DNA from: Candidatus Bathyarchaeia archaeon
GTDB lineage: Archaea; Thermoproteota; CALKCG01; B24
DNA: 64,000 bases
Direction: 5' to 3'
Assembly (NCBI GenBank): GCA_038870975.1
Contig: JAVZJD010000001.1
Location: forward strand, 768,001 to 832,000
The translations under genes and the position numbers were made by a program. Below are positions 29,131 to 38,339 of this stretch, piece after piece (position 1 is the first letter of the stretch; each line of letters opens with the position of its first letter). The notes beneath the pieces are model-generated. The model was not told the origin of the DNA and ran no database searches. It saw only the letters and a program-made list of their open reading frames with translations.

Positions 29131-29274
29131 CAGTTACCACGATACTTCTATTAAGAGATTGTTTGTCTTCAGATTTATGGTCTAATTTAAATAAACTTAG
29201 ATATTCGTCGCTGATTTAGTTCTCTAAACTCTTACCCTCCCTAGGCATCTTCAGGGCTATCGTCGTTTAGAGGT

Positions 29275-30213
29275 ATGGTTCTCCTGGGGATTAAACTATT
29301 TAACTCTAATCTTCTTCCAGTATATATTTGGAAGATATTGCTTCGGTCTTTCAAAAGATTTAACTACTATTTTAAGAATGTTCCAGTTTTAACACCTTGG
29401 ATAGTCAAAGAAATCTTAGACTCCACCCCAGCAGGGGAAATCAATACATCCCTAGATATGGGGCTTTCCAAAGAGAAGGTTTACGTAGGCAAAGACTACG
29501 TTACAATACGCAACTCGAAAATCACCATTGAAGAGTTTAGAAGAGCGTTGGAGGATGAAGCTGTCTACGCCGTTTTGAATAATTCCCTCGTTAAAGTTGC
29601 TAAAACTTGTGGAGTACACTACTATAAGCTTAAGCCAGTGGCTCCAAATACGGCTCCTACGATAGAAATAGACGGTATTCATATGCATCGTATTTTAAGT
29701 ACCACTCCTTGGGAAGACTCAAAGGTCAAAGTTAAACTACTATCTGTTAGAAGAGGTTGCAGGGTCTTAGATACTTGCACCGGATTGGGCTATACTGCTA
29801 TATGGGCTTTAAAAATGGGGGCTGGTGAAGTATTAACTGTAGAGAAGGACGTTAATGTACTTGAGATTGCCTGCTTCAACCCGTGGAGTAGATGGCTCGA
29901 AGACCATAGAATCACCATAATAGTTGAAGATGCTTTAAAAGTTGTTGAAAATCTAGAGGATGAATACTTTGATAGGATTATGCATGATCCACCTAGACTG
30001 TCGTTGGCTGGAGACCTATATGGGTTGGATTTCTACCGTGAGCTCTACAGAGTTCTTAAAACTAAAGGCATACTTGTACACTATACCGGGCAGCCAGGTC
30101 ACAGGAGAGGGAAGGATATAATGGCTGGTGTTAAAAGTAGACTTGGGAAAGTCGGCTTTATCGTTAAAAAGGCTCCAGAGGCATCAGCTGTAATAGCCTA
30201 CAAGACTGGTTAA
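29275..30213 (+). CDS. Class I SAM-dependent methyltransferase (start uncertain)
   Basis: PTIEIDGIHMHR, VLDTCTGLGYTA, VEKD, NPWS, HDPPR. Confidence 0.85.
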   Translation: MVLLGIKLFNSNLLPVYIWKILLRSFKRFNYYFKNVPVLTPWIVKEILDSTPAGEINTSLDMGLSKEKVYVGKDYVTIRNSKITIEEFRRALEDEAVYAVLNNSLVKVAKTCGVHYYKLKPVAPNTAPTIEIDGIHMHRILSTTPWEDSKVKVKLLSVRRGCRVLDTCTGLGYTAIWALKMGAGEVLTVEKDVNVLEIACFNPWSRWLEDHRITIIVEDALKVVENLEDEYFDRIMHDPPRLSLAGDLYGLDFYRELYRVLKTKGILVHYTGQPGHRRGKDIMAGVKSRLGKVGFIVKKAPEASAVIAYKTG

Positions 30214-30259
30214 ACTTAAACATTATCAGAGGATTATTCTCGATCGGGAGGTCGGGTTT

Positions 30260-31195
30260 TTGAAGCTATCTCTACATAGTGTAAGTCTATCCGGATTCTT
30301 CTACAGAGGAAATCCAATTCCTCTTGAAGAACTTGTAACGAAGGTTAAACAATATGGTTTCGATGGGGTTGAATTAATGGGTAAGAGACCACATGCAAAC
30401 CCCTGCGATCTATCTGCAGAGTCTAGGAGAAACTTTAAAGAATTAGCCTCATCAAACGGGCTTGAAATAGCCGCTATAGCTGGCTATAATGACTTCTCAG
30501 GTCCTGATGCATTTAAAAGGGAGCTTAACATCCTATACGTGAAGGAGTTGGTGAAACTAGCGAGAGACCTTGAGACAGATATTGTACGTGTTTTTGCAGC
30601 TGGTATGGAGGATGTAAACCCTTCCATACCGTACCATGAACACTGGCGTCTATGTGTTGAAGCCTTTAAAGAAGTCTCAAAATTTGCTGAAGATTATGGT
30701 GTAATTTTGGCTTTACAAAACCACCCGCCGATAATGGAGAGCTATGAAGACGTACTGGATATGATTGAGGAAGTGGGTTCAGACGCGTTGAAGGCGTGTA
30801 TAGACCCTGAGCTTCTAATATGGGTTAGGGATGTAAACCCCTACGATGAAAATTTTTCAGAGAAGCTTAAAACAATCTACGGGAGGGTTGGACGGTTGCT
30901 TGTCCATGTACACGTTGGTGACTCCGTAGAAAGGACTGGTAAATTCATAGTAGTCCCAGCTGGAGGGGGCTCTGTGTTAAGAGCGTCGAGGATTGAGAGA
31001 GTCGCAATGGGGACTGGTGTGTTTAAAAACATAGTTAAGCCGTTCGTAGAGGCTTTGAAAAGTATAGGATACAATAGGTATGTTTCATATGAAGTTTGTT
31101 CGCCAAGGTATGTAAAGCATAAGCTTATAGACTTCCTCACACTAGAATATGAAATAGCGAACGGTGTTCGTTTCTTGAGGGAGTTTTTATGTTGA
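30260..31195 (+). CDS. Sugar phosphate isomerase/epimerase (TIM barrel)
   Basis: GFDGVEL, LALQNH, CID, HVHVGD, SYEVC. Confidence 0.82.
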   Translation: MKLSLHSVSLSGFFYRGNPIPLEELVTKVKQYGFDGVELMGKRPHANPCDLSAESRRNFKELASSNGLEIAAIAGYNDFSGPDAFKRELNILYVKELVKLARDLETDIVRVFAAGMEDVNPSIPYHEHWRLCVEAFKEVSKFAEDYGVILALQNHPPIMESYEDVLDMIEEVGSDALKACIDPELLIWVRDVNPYDENFSEKLKTIYGRVGRLLVHVHVGDSVERTGKFIVVPAGGGSVLRASRIERVAMGTGVFKNIVKPFVEALKSIGYNRYVSYEVCSPRYVKHKLIDFLTLEYEIANGVRFLREFLC

Positions 31196-31210
31196 GATGG
31201 AGGTGATTCA

Positions 31211-32608
31211 TTGAGGAAGGTTAAATTAGGCTTCGTCCCGTTGCATAGAGAACCTTTTGATGAAGACTGGGCAGTAGAGCTTAGAAAGCGATTCATAAAG
31301 GCTCTTTCCGAAGTCGAGAATATAACGCTCATATATCCGTCTGAGAATTTAACTAAAAATGGACTCGTTAGAAACGATGAAGATGCAGATAAAGTCACAC
31401 GGCTTTTTAAAGCCGAAAATGTTGAAGGCCTGCTTTTAGGTACTATGACTTTTGGAGACGAAGTAGCAGGCGCTAGAATAGCTGACAGTCTGAGGGTTCC
31501 AGTGATGGTTTTTGCAACTAAGGAGCCTGCTATAAGCCCCGAAGGTTTTAGGAAATCCGACAGTTTCTGCGGCACGTTGTCTCTAACGTCGGCCCTGTAC
31601 CGTAGAGAATTGCCGTTTAATTTTCTAGGAGTGGTGTTTCCAGAGGATGAATTATTCGTTAAGGGCGTCGAAGTATTTGCAAGAACATGCGCTATTGTAA
31701 GTGGGTTTAAGTGGGCGAATATAGGACTTATCGGTCCTAGACCTGAACGGTTTGAAACCTGTACGTTCAACGAAGCTGAAATGTTGAGACACTTCAGTCA
31801 GAAGGTTGTACCGATAGACTTGTCTCAAATAGTTTTAGCCGTTAACTCTCTCGGTGACGAAGACCCCGATGTTGTGAAAACCGTGAGAGAAATCGAGAAG
31901 TATATTGCTACATCAGAAGTCCCGCCTGAAAAACTCAAAGTCATAGCTAAAGTTGAAGTAGTCTTAAGAAGACTATTCCGAGATAAGCAGCTTTCAGCGG
32001 CAGGTGTTAGATGTTGGGTTGAATTTCAACACATTTACGGTATAGCAGTCTGCCATATTCTGGGAAGACTAACAGATACTGGAATGCTATGTGCCTGTGA
32101 GTCTGATATATACGGTGCTTTAACAATGCTAATACAGTATTTGGCTTCGCTTGAAACAACTCCTCCACACTTCGTAGATTGGACTATACGGCATCCAGAG
32201 AAAGACAATCTCGTTTTGATGTGGCATTGTGGTAATGCACCTGTATCTCTCGCATGTCCAGAATGTCCCATAAACCTCAGATATCACAGTATTCTCTTCA
32301 GAGACGTAGGTATAGATAGGTCTCATGGAACTGCGGAGTTCAAGCTTAAATCCGGCGTCGTAACCATAGGTAGGCTTACAGAGCATAAAGGTGAATTTAA
32401 AATGCTTATAACACGTGGTAAAATCGTAGAAACCCCGCCGTATACTAGGGGTGCGTATAGTTGGGTTGAAGTTGAAGATTTAGATAGACTCTACAGGGTT
32501 CTCGTAGAGGAAGGATTTGTACACCATGCGAGCATGATCCATGGAGATTATACGGCTGAAATTAAAGACGCGTGTAAATTCCTAGGAATTAAACCGGTAG
32601 TCGTTTAA
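31211..32608 (+). CDS. L-fucose/L-arabinose isomerase family protein
   Basis: TFGDE, DSFCG, RCW, CESD.YGA, WHCG, GF.HH. Confidence 0.85.
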   Translation: MRKVKLGFVPLHREPFDEDWAVELRKRFIKALSEVENITLIYPSENLTKNGLVRNDEDADKVTRLFKAENVEGLLLGTMTFGDEVAGARIADSLRVPVMVFATKEPAISPEGFRKSDSFCGTLSLTSALYRRELPFNFLGVVFPEDELFVKGVEVFARTCAIVSGFKWANIGLIGPRPERFETCTFNEAEMLRHFSQKVVPIDLSQIVLAVNSLGDEDPDVVKTVREIEKYIATSEVPPEKLKVIAKVEVVLRRLFRDKQLSAAGVRCWVEFQHIYGIAVCHILGRLTDTGMLCACESDIYGALTMLIQYLASLETTPPHFVDWTIRHPEKDNLVLMWHCGNAPVSLACPECPINLRYHSILFRDVGIDRSHGTAEFKLKSGVVTIGRLTEHKGEFKMLITRGKIVETPPYTRGAYSWVEVEDLDRLYRVLVEEGFVHHASMIHGDYTAEIKDACKFLGIKPVVV

Positions 32609-32641
32609 CGGAATTAAGTCTATGTTCGACGGTGTTTAACT

Positions 32642-33643
32642 TTGAGCATAACAGACCTTAAGATAGGCTTCATAGGATGTGGAGGTATAGCCCTCCACCA
32701 TTTAAATCAGCTTGTAAGCCTAGGTGTTAAGCCAGTAGCCTTCTGCGATGTAGATAGGGCTAGGGCTTCATCGTTTGCTCAAAGAGTTGGAGCAGGCTCT
32801 GTCTACACAGATTACCATGACATGTTTGAAAAAGAGCGTTTAGACGCGGTTTGGATATGTATCCCACCCTTCGCTCATAAAGACGAAGTGACAGTAGCTG
32901 CTGAGAAAAACGTTAACGTTTTCATAGAAAAACCCATAGCGCTTGACATAGCTACAGCTAAATCTATGGTTGACTCAGTTCGTAAGTACGGCATTAAAAG
33001 CTGGGTTGGCTATCACTGGAGACAGTATGATGGCATCCAGAGGGTACGTACAGTCCTCATGAAGGAGGGCGGTAGAATAGGTCTAGTTGAGGGGTATTGG
33101 TGGGGTTGGATTCCATCGACAATTGGAGGGTGGTGGATTAGAAGAGATATGAGCGGCGGCCAAGTTGTAGAGCAAACCACCCACATATTCGACTTGGCTA
33201 GATTCCTATGTGGTGAAGTTGAAACCGTTTACGCTGAAATGGATACGATTCTACATACAGACATACCGAACTTCACCATAGAAGATGTTGGGGTCTTCAC
33301 GCTTCGATTTGCCAATGGTGCAGTAGGGGTAATATCGAATACGTCTGCTGCTCAACCTATAGGCGGGGCTGTAGGATTGAAGATTGTCGCTAAAAACGTT
33401 CAGTTGGAGATAAGCTCTCAATCTGCGAGAATGTATAAAGGCATGGAGCTCACAGAGATAAGGCATTCCGTAAATCCGTACCTTGAAGAAGATAGAAAGT
33501 TTCTCAAGAGTATAGTTGAAGATACAGACACAGAGGTTCCCATAGAAGAGGGTTTGAAGACTTTAGCTGTAACCCTAGCCGCCGTAGAATCTTGGAGGAG
33601 GAAGACACCAGTTAGAGTTGGAGAGTTACTCGGCTCAGTTTAA
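32642..33643 (+). CDS. Gfo/Idh/MocA family oxidoreductase
   Basis: IGCGGIA, EKP, SGG..VEQ..H..D. Confidence 0.9.
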   Translation: MSITDLKIGFIGCGGIALHHLNQLVSLGVKPVAFCDVDRARASSFAQRVGAGSVYTDYHDMFEKERLDAVWICIPPFAHKDEVTVAAEKNVNVFIEKPIALDIATAKSMVDSVRKYGIKSWVGYHWRQYDGIQRVRTVLMKEGGRIGLVEGYWWGWIPSTIGGWWIRRDMSGGQVVEQTTHIFDLARFLCGEVETVYAEMDTILHTDIPNFTIEDVGVFTLRFANGAVGVISNTSAAQPIGGAVGLKIVAKNVQLEISSQSARMYKGMELTEIRHSVNPYLEEDRKFLKSIVEDTDTEVPIEEGLKTLAVTLAAVESWRRKTPVRVGELLGSV

Positions 33644-36468
33644 TCCCAGAATGGGCGTGTTCTGATATATTCGATTTCGGCTTTCTGTATTTCTTTGAGG
33701 AGTTGCTCCTCATTTTTATACGGTTTGCTCAGTATCCTTGAAGCCGTAGTAGGTCCTATCCCCCTCCCAGCCATGACCATGACTGCAAGTTTACCTAAGC
33801 TCTGGACTAGACTAGCGCTCCTCCACAACCCCATCCATGCATTTTTCACTTCTCTACTCATTTTTCTATTTTCAAGCCAGCTTTTGATTATTTTCCTAGA
33901 GTCTTGGTCGGTTGGTCTGGTGACGGCTATAAGCGTCGATTTACACCGTGGGCATCTGATTTTCTCAGGTAGGTCTGCAACTTTAACGATCGTCTCCCAG
34001 TCGTTGTTATAGACGCATATAAGTTTCACACGTGTATTCATAAGTCTGAGTTTAAGCAGTCTCAGAGTCTCACCGTCTGAGCTTGCTGGTCTAAGGACGT
34101 CCTGCGGTAGAGCTCTTTCAAGTATAGGCATAGCCATTGGTGATGGGTTTAAACTGAAAGGTAAAACTTCTACGGTTATTTCACCTCTAGCAATACCCTC
34201 TAAAACATTCATCGCTCCTTTTAAATCCAGCTTATCCACCAGTATCTCTCTGAAGGTTTCACGGAAAACCGGGCTGGCTCTATATACTTCGATGAGTGCT
34301 TTAACTCTCGAAGAATTGTAATCTGCATCTCTGCTGACTATACCAGTTCTCTTCGCTACGTGCCAGAATCTCCACTTGAATAGGTTAGTCTCAGGAAGAA
34401 CTGCTTCAAGCAATTGGCCGAGTTCTCCCGGTTTAAGTCTTTTAATTTCTTCAGCAACGTTTTGAACCGACAAGTTGAATACGCCTAGGAGGCAAATCCT
34501 ATACGGGTCTACTTGAAAACCGACTGAATAGCCCGATCTATTACTAAGTACAGCTGTCAACGCTAAAGCCAGTGTCCTGTTTATTAAATCCCCAAAAGGT
34601 ATATGTACGACTACTGTTTCTCTAAAACCTTCAACCAATATCCTTCTAGGGTTGGGAGTGGGAAAACCTGCTTTACTCTGCTCTTTCACATATTCTACAA
34701 TCTTAGATTTTGCAGACTCCGTCAACTGGTAATCCTGTAGGTGTTTCAAAGGGTCTCCACCGCGTCTAATCTCATCATAGATCTTGCTGAAGGTTTCATA
34801 AACTTCAGATGCTACTTCTCTTGATACTGGGATAAGCTCCCCTTCCCACGAAGGTATGGCGCCGATTAATTCCCCCACAGGTTCAACGTTAACTACGTTC
34901 TTCTCGTGGTCTATACTTAAGATTCTCCAAGTCTGGCCTTTCATTATGAAGATAAGGCCAGTCTCACCAGTCCCACCTACGAACTCTTGGTCTAAGACAC
35001 CTATGGTTTTCCCATCTAAAGCGTTTCTAACGGTGTATTGTTCAACGTCTGGAATAGTTGAAAGATTTTCAAAGTAGTAACTATAGGTTTTACGTGTGGC
35101 CCGTAGCTCGCCATTGAAGAATCTAACTACTCCAATGTTGTTTAATAGGCTGACAACCTCGAGAAATTCGTCCATCGTAAGCATCCTATACGGATAGGCT
35201 CGTCTAATTATACCGTAAGCCTCCTCTGCTTTTACACGTTTAAAATCGAGAGTTAAGCCAGCTATTTGATGAGCCAAGACATCGAGCGCCAGCTCATGTA
35301 CCCTATTCCTCTCAAGAAGTCCATCAAACATTCTTCTGACTATTACTGCTGCTTCAAGGGAATCTTCAGGAGATACTGTTACGATTAATCCTCTACTCAC
35401 TCCGCCTACACAATGTCCGCTTCTACCGAGTCTATGCGTGAATCTGGTGACCTGTCTAGGAGACATATACTGGATAACCATATCAAGCCTTCCAATATCT
35501 ACGCCAAGCTCCATACTGCTAGTACATATTAAAGCGTTGAGACCTCCTTCTTTAATCCCTTCTTCAGCTTCTTGTCTAACATCTCTAGATAGAGAGCCGT
35601 GGTGGACTCCTACTTTAACGTCAGACGCTAAAACCCTCAACCTTGAAGCTAGTACTTCAGAATGTTCCCGCGTGTTCGTGAATATGAGTGAGCACTTATC
35701 TCTTGCATATTCCTTTAAAATTCTAATCCTAGCCACTGCATCTGCTGGCAGAGCGAGTTCCGTAGATTTTTCAAGGTCTTCTTTTGAATGATGAGGGTTG
35801 TCGACGACTACTTCGGCGTTTCTAGGCTCTTCAACAACGGCTAAGCTCATCGGTTTCGACCCGGCTATAAACTCTGCTGCGATATTCGGCTCAGCTAGAG
35901 TAGCTGATATTCCGATTAGTTGAAACTCCCCATTTTTAATGGCTTTAAGCCTCTCTAACGCTACGGCGAGTTGTACTCCACGTTTACTGTCAAGTAATTC
36001 ATGGACTTCATCGATAATGACCCACTTTAAGCTACTGAAATGTTCACGCATAATTCTACCTGGGAGAATAGCTTGAAGCGTTTCAGGTGTTGTTATCAAC
36101 ATTTTAGGGGGTTTTAACGCCTGTCTTCTCCTAGTCTTCTCGTCTGTATCGCCGTGTCTAACATCTACTTCTAAACCTATTTTCTCGCACAGCGTTTTGA
36201 TTCTCCTTAAAAGGTCTCTGTTTAAAGCTCTTAGAGGGGTTACATAGAGTATAACTGTACCTTTAGGTTTATCTCTAAGTCTAAGATATGCTTCAAGTAC
36301 AGGTATTAAAGCCGCTTCGGTTTTACCGTAGCCAGTAGGCGCTATAATAAGAGTATTCTTACCAGATAGAATAAGTGGTATTGCCTTCTTCTGTATCGCC
36401 GTTGGTTCTTCTAAACCCACCTCTTTGAGAGCCTCTAATAGTCTATTTGTTATCCCTTCAAACGGCAT
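33640..36468 (-). CDS. lhr: Lhr-like SF2 helicase
   Basis: APTGYGKT, RHGDT, TTPE, DEVH, SAT, HHGSLS, ELGVDIG, RLGRSGH, IPSWEGE, C-terminal CPRC; ATG at 36468. Confidence 0.9.
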   Translation of the reverse strand: MPFEGITNRLLEALKEVGLEEPTAIQKKAIPLILSGKNTLIIAPTGYGKTEAALIPVLEAYLRLRDKPKGTVILYVTPLRALNRDLLRRIKTLCEKIGLEVDVRHGDTDEKTRRRQALKPPKMLITTPETLQAILPGRIMREHFSSLKWVIIDEVHELLDSKRGVQLAVALERLKAIKNGEFQLIGISATLAEPNIAAEFIAGSKPMSLAVVEEPRNAEVVVDNPHHSKEDLEKSTELALPADAVARIRILKEYARDKCSLIFTNTREHSEVLASRLRVLASDVKVGVHHGSLSRDVRQEAEEGIKEGGLNALICTSSMELGVDIGRLDMVIQYMSPRQVTRFTHRLGRSGHCVGGVSRGLIVTVSPEDSLEAAVIVRRMFDGLLERNRVHELALDVLAHQIAGLTLDFKRVKAEEAYGIIRRAYPYRMLTMDEFLEVVSLLNNIGVVRFFNGELRATRKTYSYYFENLSTIPDVEQYTVRNALDGKTIGVLDQEFVGGTGETGLIFIMKGQTWRILSIDHEKNVVNVEPVGELIGAIPSWEGELIPVSREVASEVYETFSKIYDEIRRGGDPLKHLQDYQLTESAKSKIVEYVKEQSKAGFPTPNPRRILVEGFRETVVVHIPFGDLINRTLALALTAVLSNRSGYSVGFQVDPYRICLLGVFNLSVQNVAEEIKRLKPGELGQLLEAVLPETNLFKWRFWHVAKRTGIVSRDADYNSSRVKALIEVYRASPVFRETFREILVDKLDLKGAMNVLEGIARGEITVEVLPFSLNPSPMAMPILERALPQDVLRPASSDGETLRLLKLRLMNTRVKLICVYNNDWETIVKVADLPEKIRCPRCKSTLIAVTRPTDQDSRKIIKSWLENRKMSREVKNAWMGLWRSASLVQSLGKLAVMVMAGRGIGPTTASRILSKPYKNEEQLLKEIQKAEIEYIRTRPFWD

Positions 36469-36475
36469 TCGTCTG

Positions 36476-36583
36476 CTAATCCTCCTCTTCAAATAAAAAG
36501 AGGAACACAAGATACATTATCACAACTAGAATCACTAGTATCCACGTGATCGTAGGCGCGTTTTTCAGGAGCGTCTCCACCAT
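36476..36583 (-). CDS. Small single-pass membrane protein (35 aa), not in the ORF track
   Basis: GAGGCGG RBS-like sequence, then ATG...MVETLLKNAPTITWILVILVVIMYLVFLFLFEEED*; stop lies 7 nt before the lhr ATG. Confidence 0.6.
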   Translation of the reverse strand: MVETLLKNAPTITWILVILVVIMYLVFLFLFEEED

Positions 36584-36677
36584 TTATCTCCGCCTCTCCC
36601 AGCCTTTTTAACATTACTTTAATTAGCACACTCATAAAATTTAAAAACTACAATTGCTTATAATTCTTGACCCCGTC

Positions 36678-37283
36678 ATGAGCAAAAGTACTGTAGAGTC
36701 GAGAGAGGTTAAATTTCCACCGAGTGAAGCATTCAGGTTTAGCATCGAAAGTATAAAGAGGCGTTTTGTAAGAGCTCTAATAACCGCGGTGTCGATAATC
36801 CTAGGCATAGCCTTCTACGTAGGTCTTAGAACTATGTCAGACATAATGATCGCTATATATGGGTCTTCTGAAGCAGCTAAAAGTTATCAACTCTGGATGG
36901 CTATAATATCTTTAATCGTCTGTGCAGTTGGAATATTAAATTCTATGTTGATGGCCGTTACAGAGAGGACTAAAGAGATCGGTACTATGAAGTGTCTTGG
37001 AGCAATGGATGGCCACATACTGATGATATTCATGTTTGAAGCCATGCTGGTAGGCATTATTGGAGGCTTACTGGGAGCTATAATAGGTTGGCTTGCCGGC
37101 GTCCTCATATACATCGGAGAGCATATGAATATAGTATTCTCCTCTACGCTTCTGGTAAACTACTTCATGAGAATGGCTGAGGGGATTCTAATAGCCATGA
37201 TTTTGAGCGTTGGAGCTACGATATACCCAGCATACCATGCTGCTAGTATGGACCCAGCTGACGCTTTAAGATTCGAGCTTTAG
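36678..37283 (+). CDS. FtsX/MacB-like ABC permease (minimal, no extracytoplasmic domain)
   Basis: GILNSMLMAVTERTKEIGTMKCLGA, YPA..A..MDP..ALR.E. Confidence 0.85.
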   Translation: MSKSTVESREVKFPPSEAFRFSIESIKRRFVRALITAVSIILGIAFYVGLRTMSDIMIAIYGSSEAAKSYQLWMAIISLIVCAVGILNSMLMAVTERTKEIGTMKCLGAMDGHILMIFMFEAMLVGIIGGLLGAIIGWLAGVLIYIGEHMNIVFSSTLLVNYFMRMAEGILIAMILSVGATIYPAYHAASMDPADALRFEL

Positions 37284-37358
37284 ATTTCAAAAGAAGCCTA
37301 TTGAAAAAGGAAAACCTTTTATTAACATTTTTAGTCATAAAAATAAGGTGGCTGAAAC

Positions 37359-38081
37359 TTGCGGTATGAATATACAGTTGAAACGGAAGACCTGGCTAAG
37401 TATTACCAGCTTGGAGAGGTAGTTGTCAAAGCGTTAGACGGTATCGATTTGAGGATCAGACGTGGCGAATACTTATCTATCATGGGTCCCTCGGGGAGCG
37501 GTAAAACCACGCTTTTCAACATGATCGGTGGTCTGGATAGGCCTACGAGGGGAAGGGTCTACATAGATGAAGTCGACATATCTAAGCTTGACGCATATGA
37601 ACTCGCTTGGCTTAGATGCCGTAAGATAGGCTACATATTCCAAACCTTCAACTTAATTCCAGTTTTAACGGCGCTTGAAAACGTTACGTTGCCTATGATA
37701 TTCGCGGGTGTCCCTAGAGAAGAGAGAATGCGAAGAGCTGTGGAAATTCTAAACAGAGTTGGTTTGGGAGATAGGCTACACCATAAGCCTGCTGAGCTTT
37801 CTGGAGGGCAACAGCAGAGAGTTGCAATCGCAAGAGCCTTGGCTAACGACCCGGTCATAGTCTTGGCGGATGAGCCTACTGGAAACCTTGACCTCCACAC
37901 TGGATTGGAGATCATAAACATGCTTAGGCAGCTTAATGTTGAGAAGGGTGTGACGATTTTCACAGCTACACACGACTTAAAGATGATAGATGTATCGGAT
38001 AGAATAGTATGGATACGTGACGGTAAAATAGATAGGATTGAGAAGAGGGTCGACGTAGTAGTAGGTATGGAGGAGGTTTAA
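37359..38081 (+). CDS. LolD/MacB-type ABC ATPase
   Basis: GPSGSGKT, IGYIFQ.FNL, LSGGQQQR, ADEPTGNLD. Confidence 0.92.
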   Translation: MRYEYTVETEDLAKYYQLGEVVVKALDGIDLRIRRGEYLSIMGPSGSGKTTLFNMIGGLDRPTRGRVYIDEVDISKLDAYELAWLRCRKIGYIFQTFNLIPVLTALENVTLPMIFAGVPREERMRRAVEILNRVGLGDRLHHKPAELSGGQQQRVAIARALANDPVIVLADEPTGNLDLHTGLEIINMLRQLNVEKGVTIFTATHDLKMIDVSDRIVWIRDGKIDRIEKRVDVVVGMEEV

Positions 38082-38339
38082 TAGATTATACCCTATCTAT
38101 TTCACTCCAACTATCCATAGCCTTAATGTTTTCAATTCTGCATGGTATTTTAGTCGATGCTACTCCTTCATAGGACTAATTGTGGTCTATTGATGAGCTT
38201 GTATTTGCGAAGTTGATTTACGTTAAATGTTAATTATGCGGCGATGGTAAATTCTATATGTAGGTCATGACGTTAGTAAATGTAATATTTAAGTTGAGAA
38301 CATGATATGTAGCTACGTCGCTAAAGGAGGAGTGCAAAT

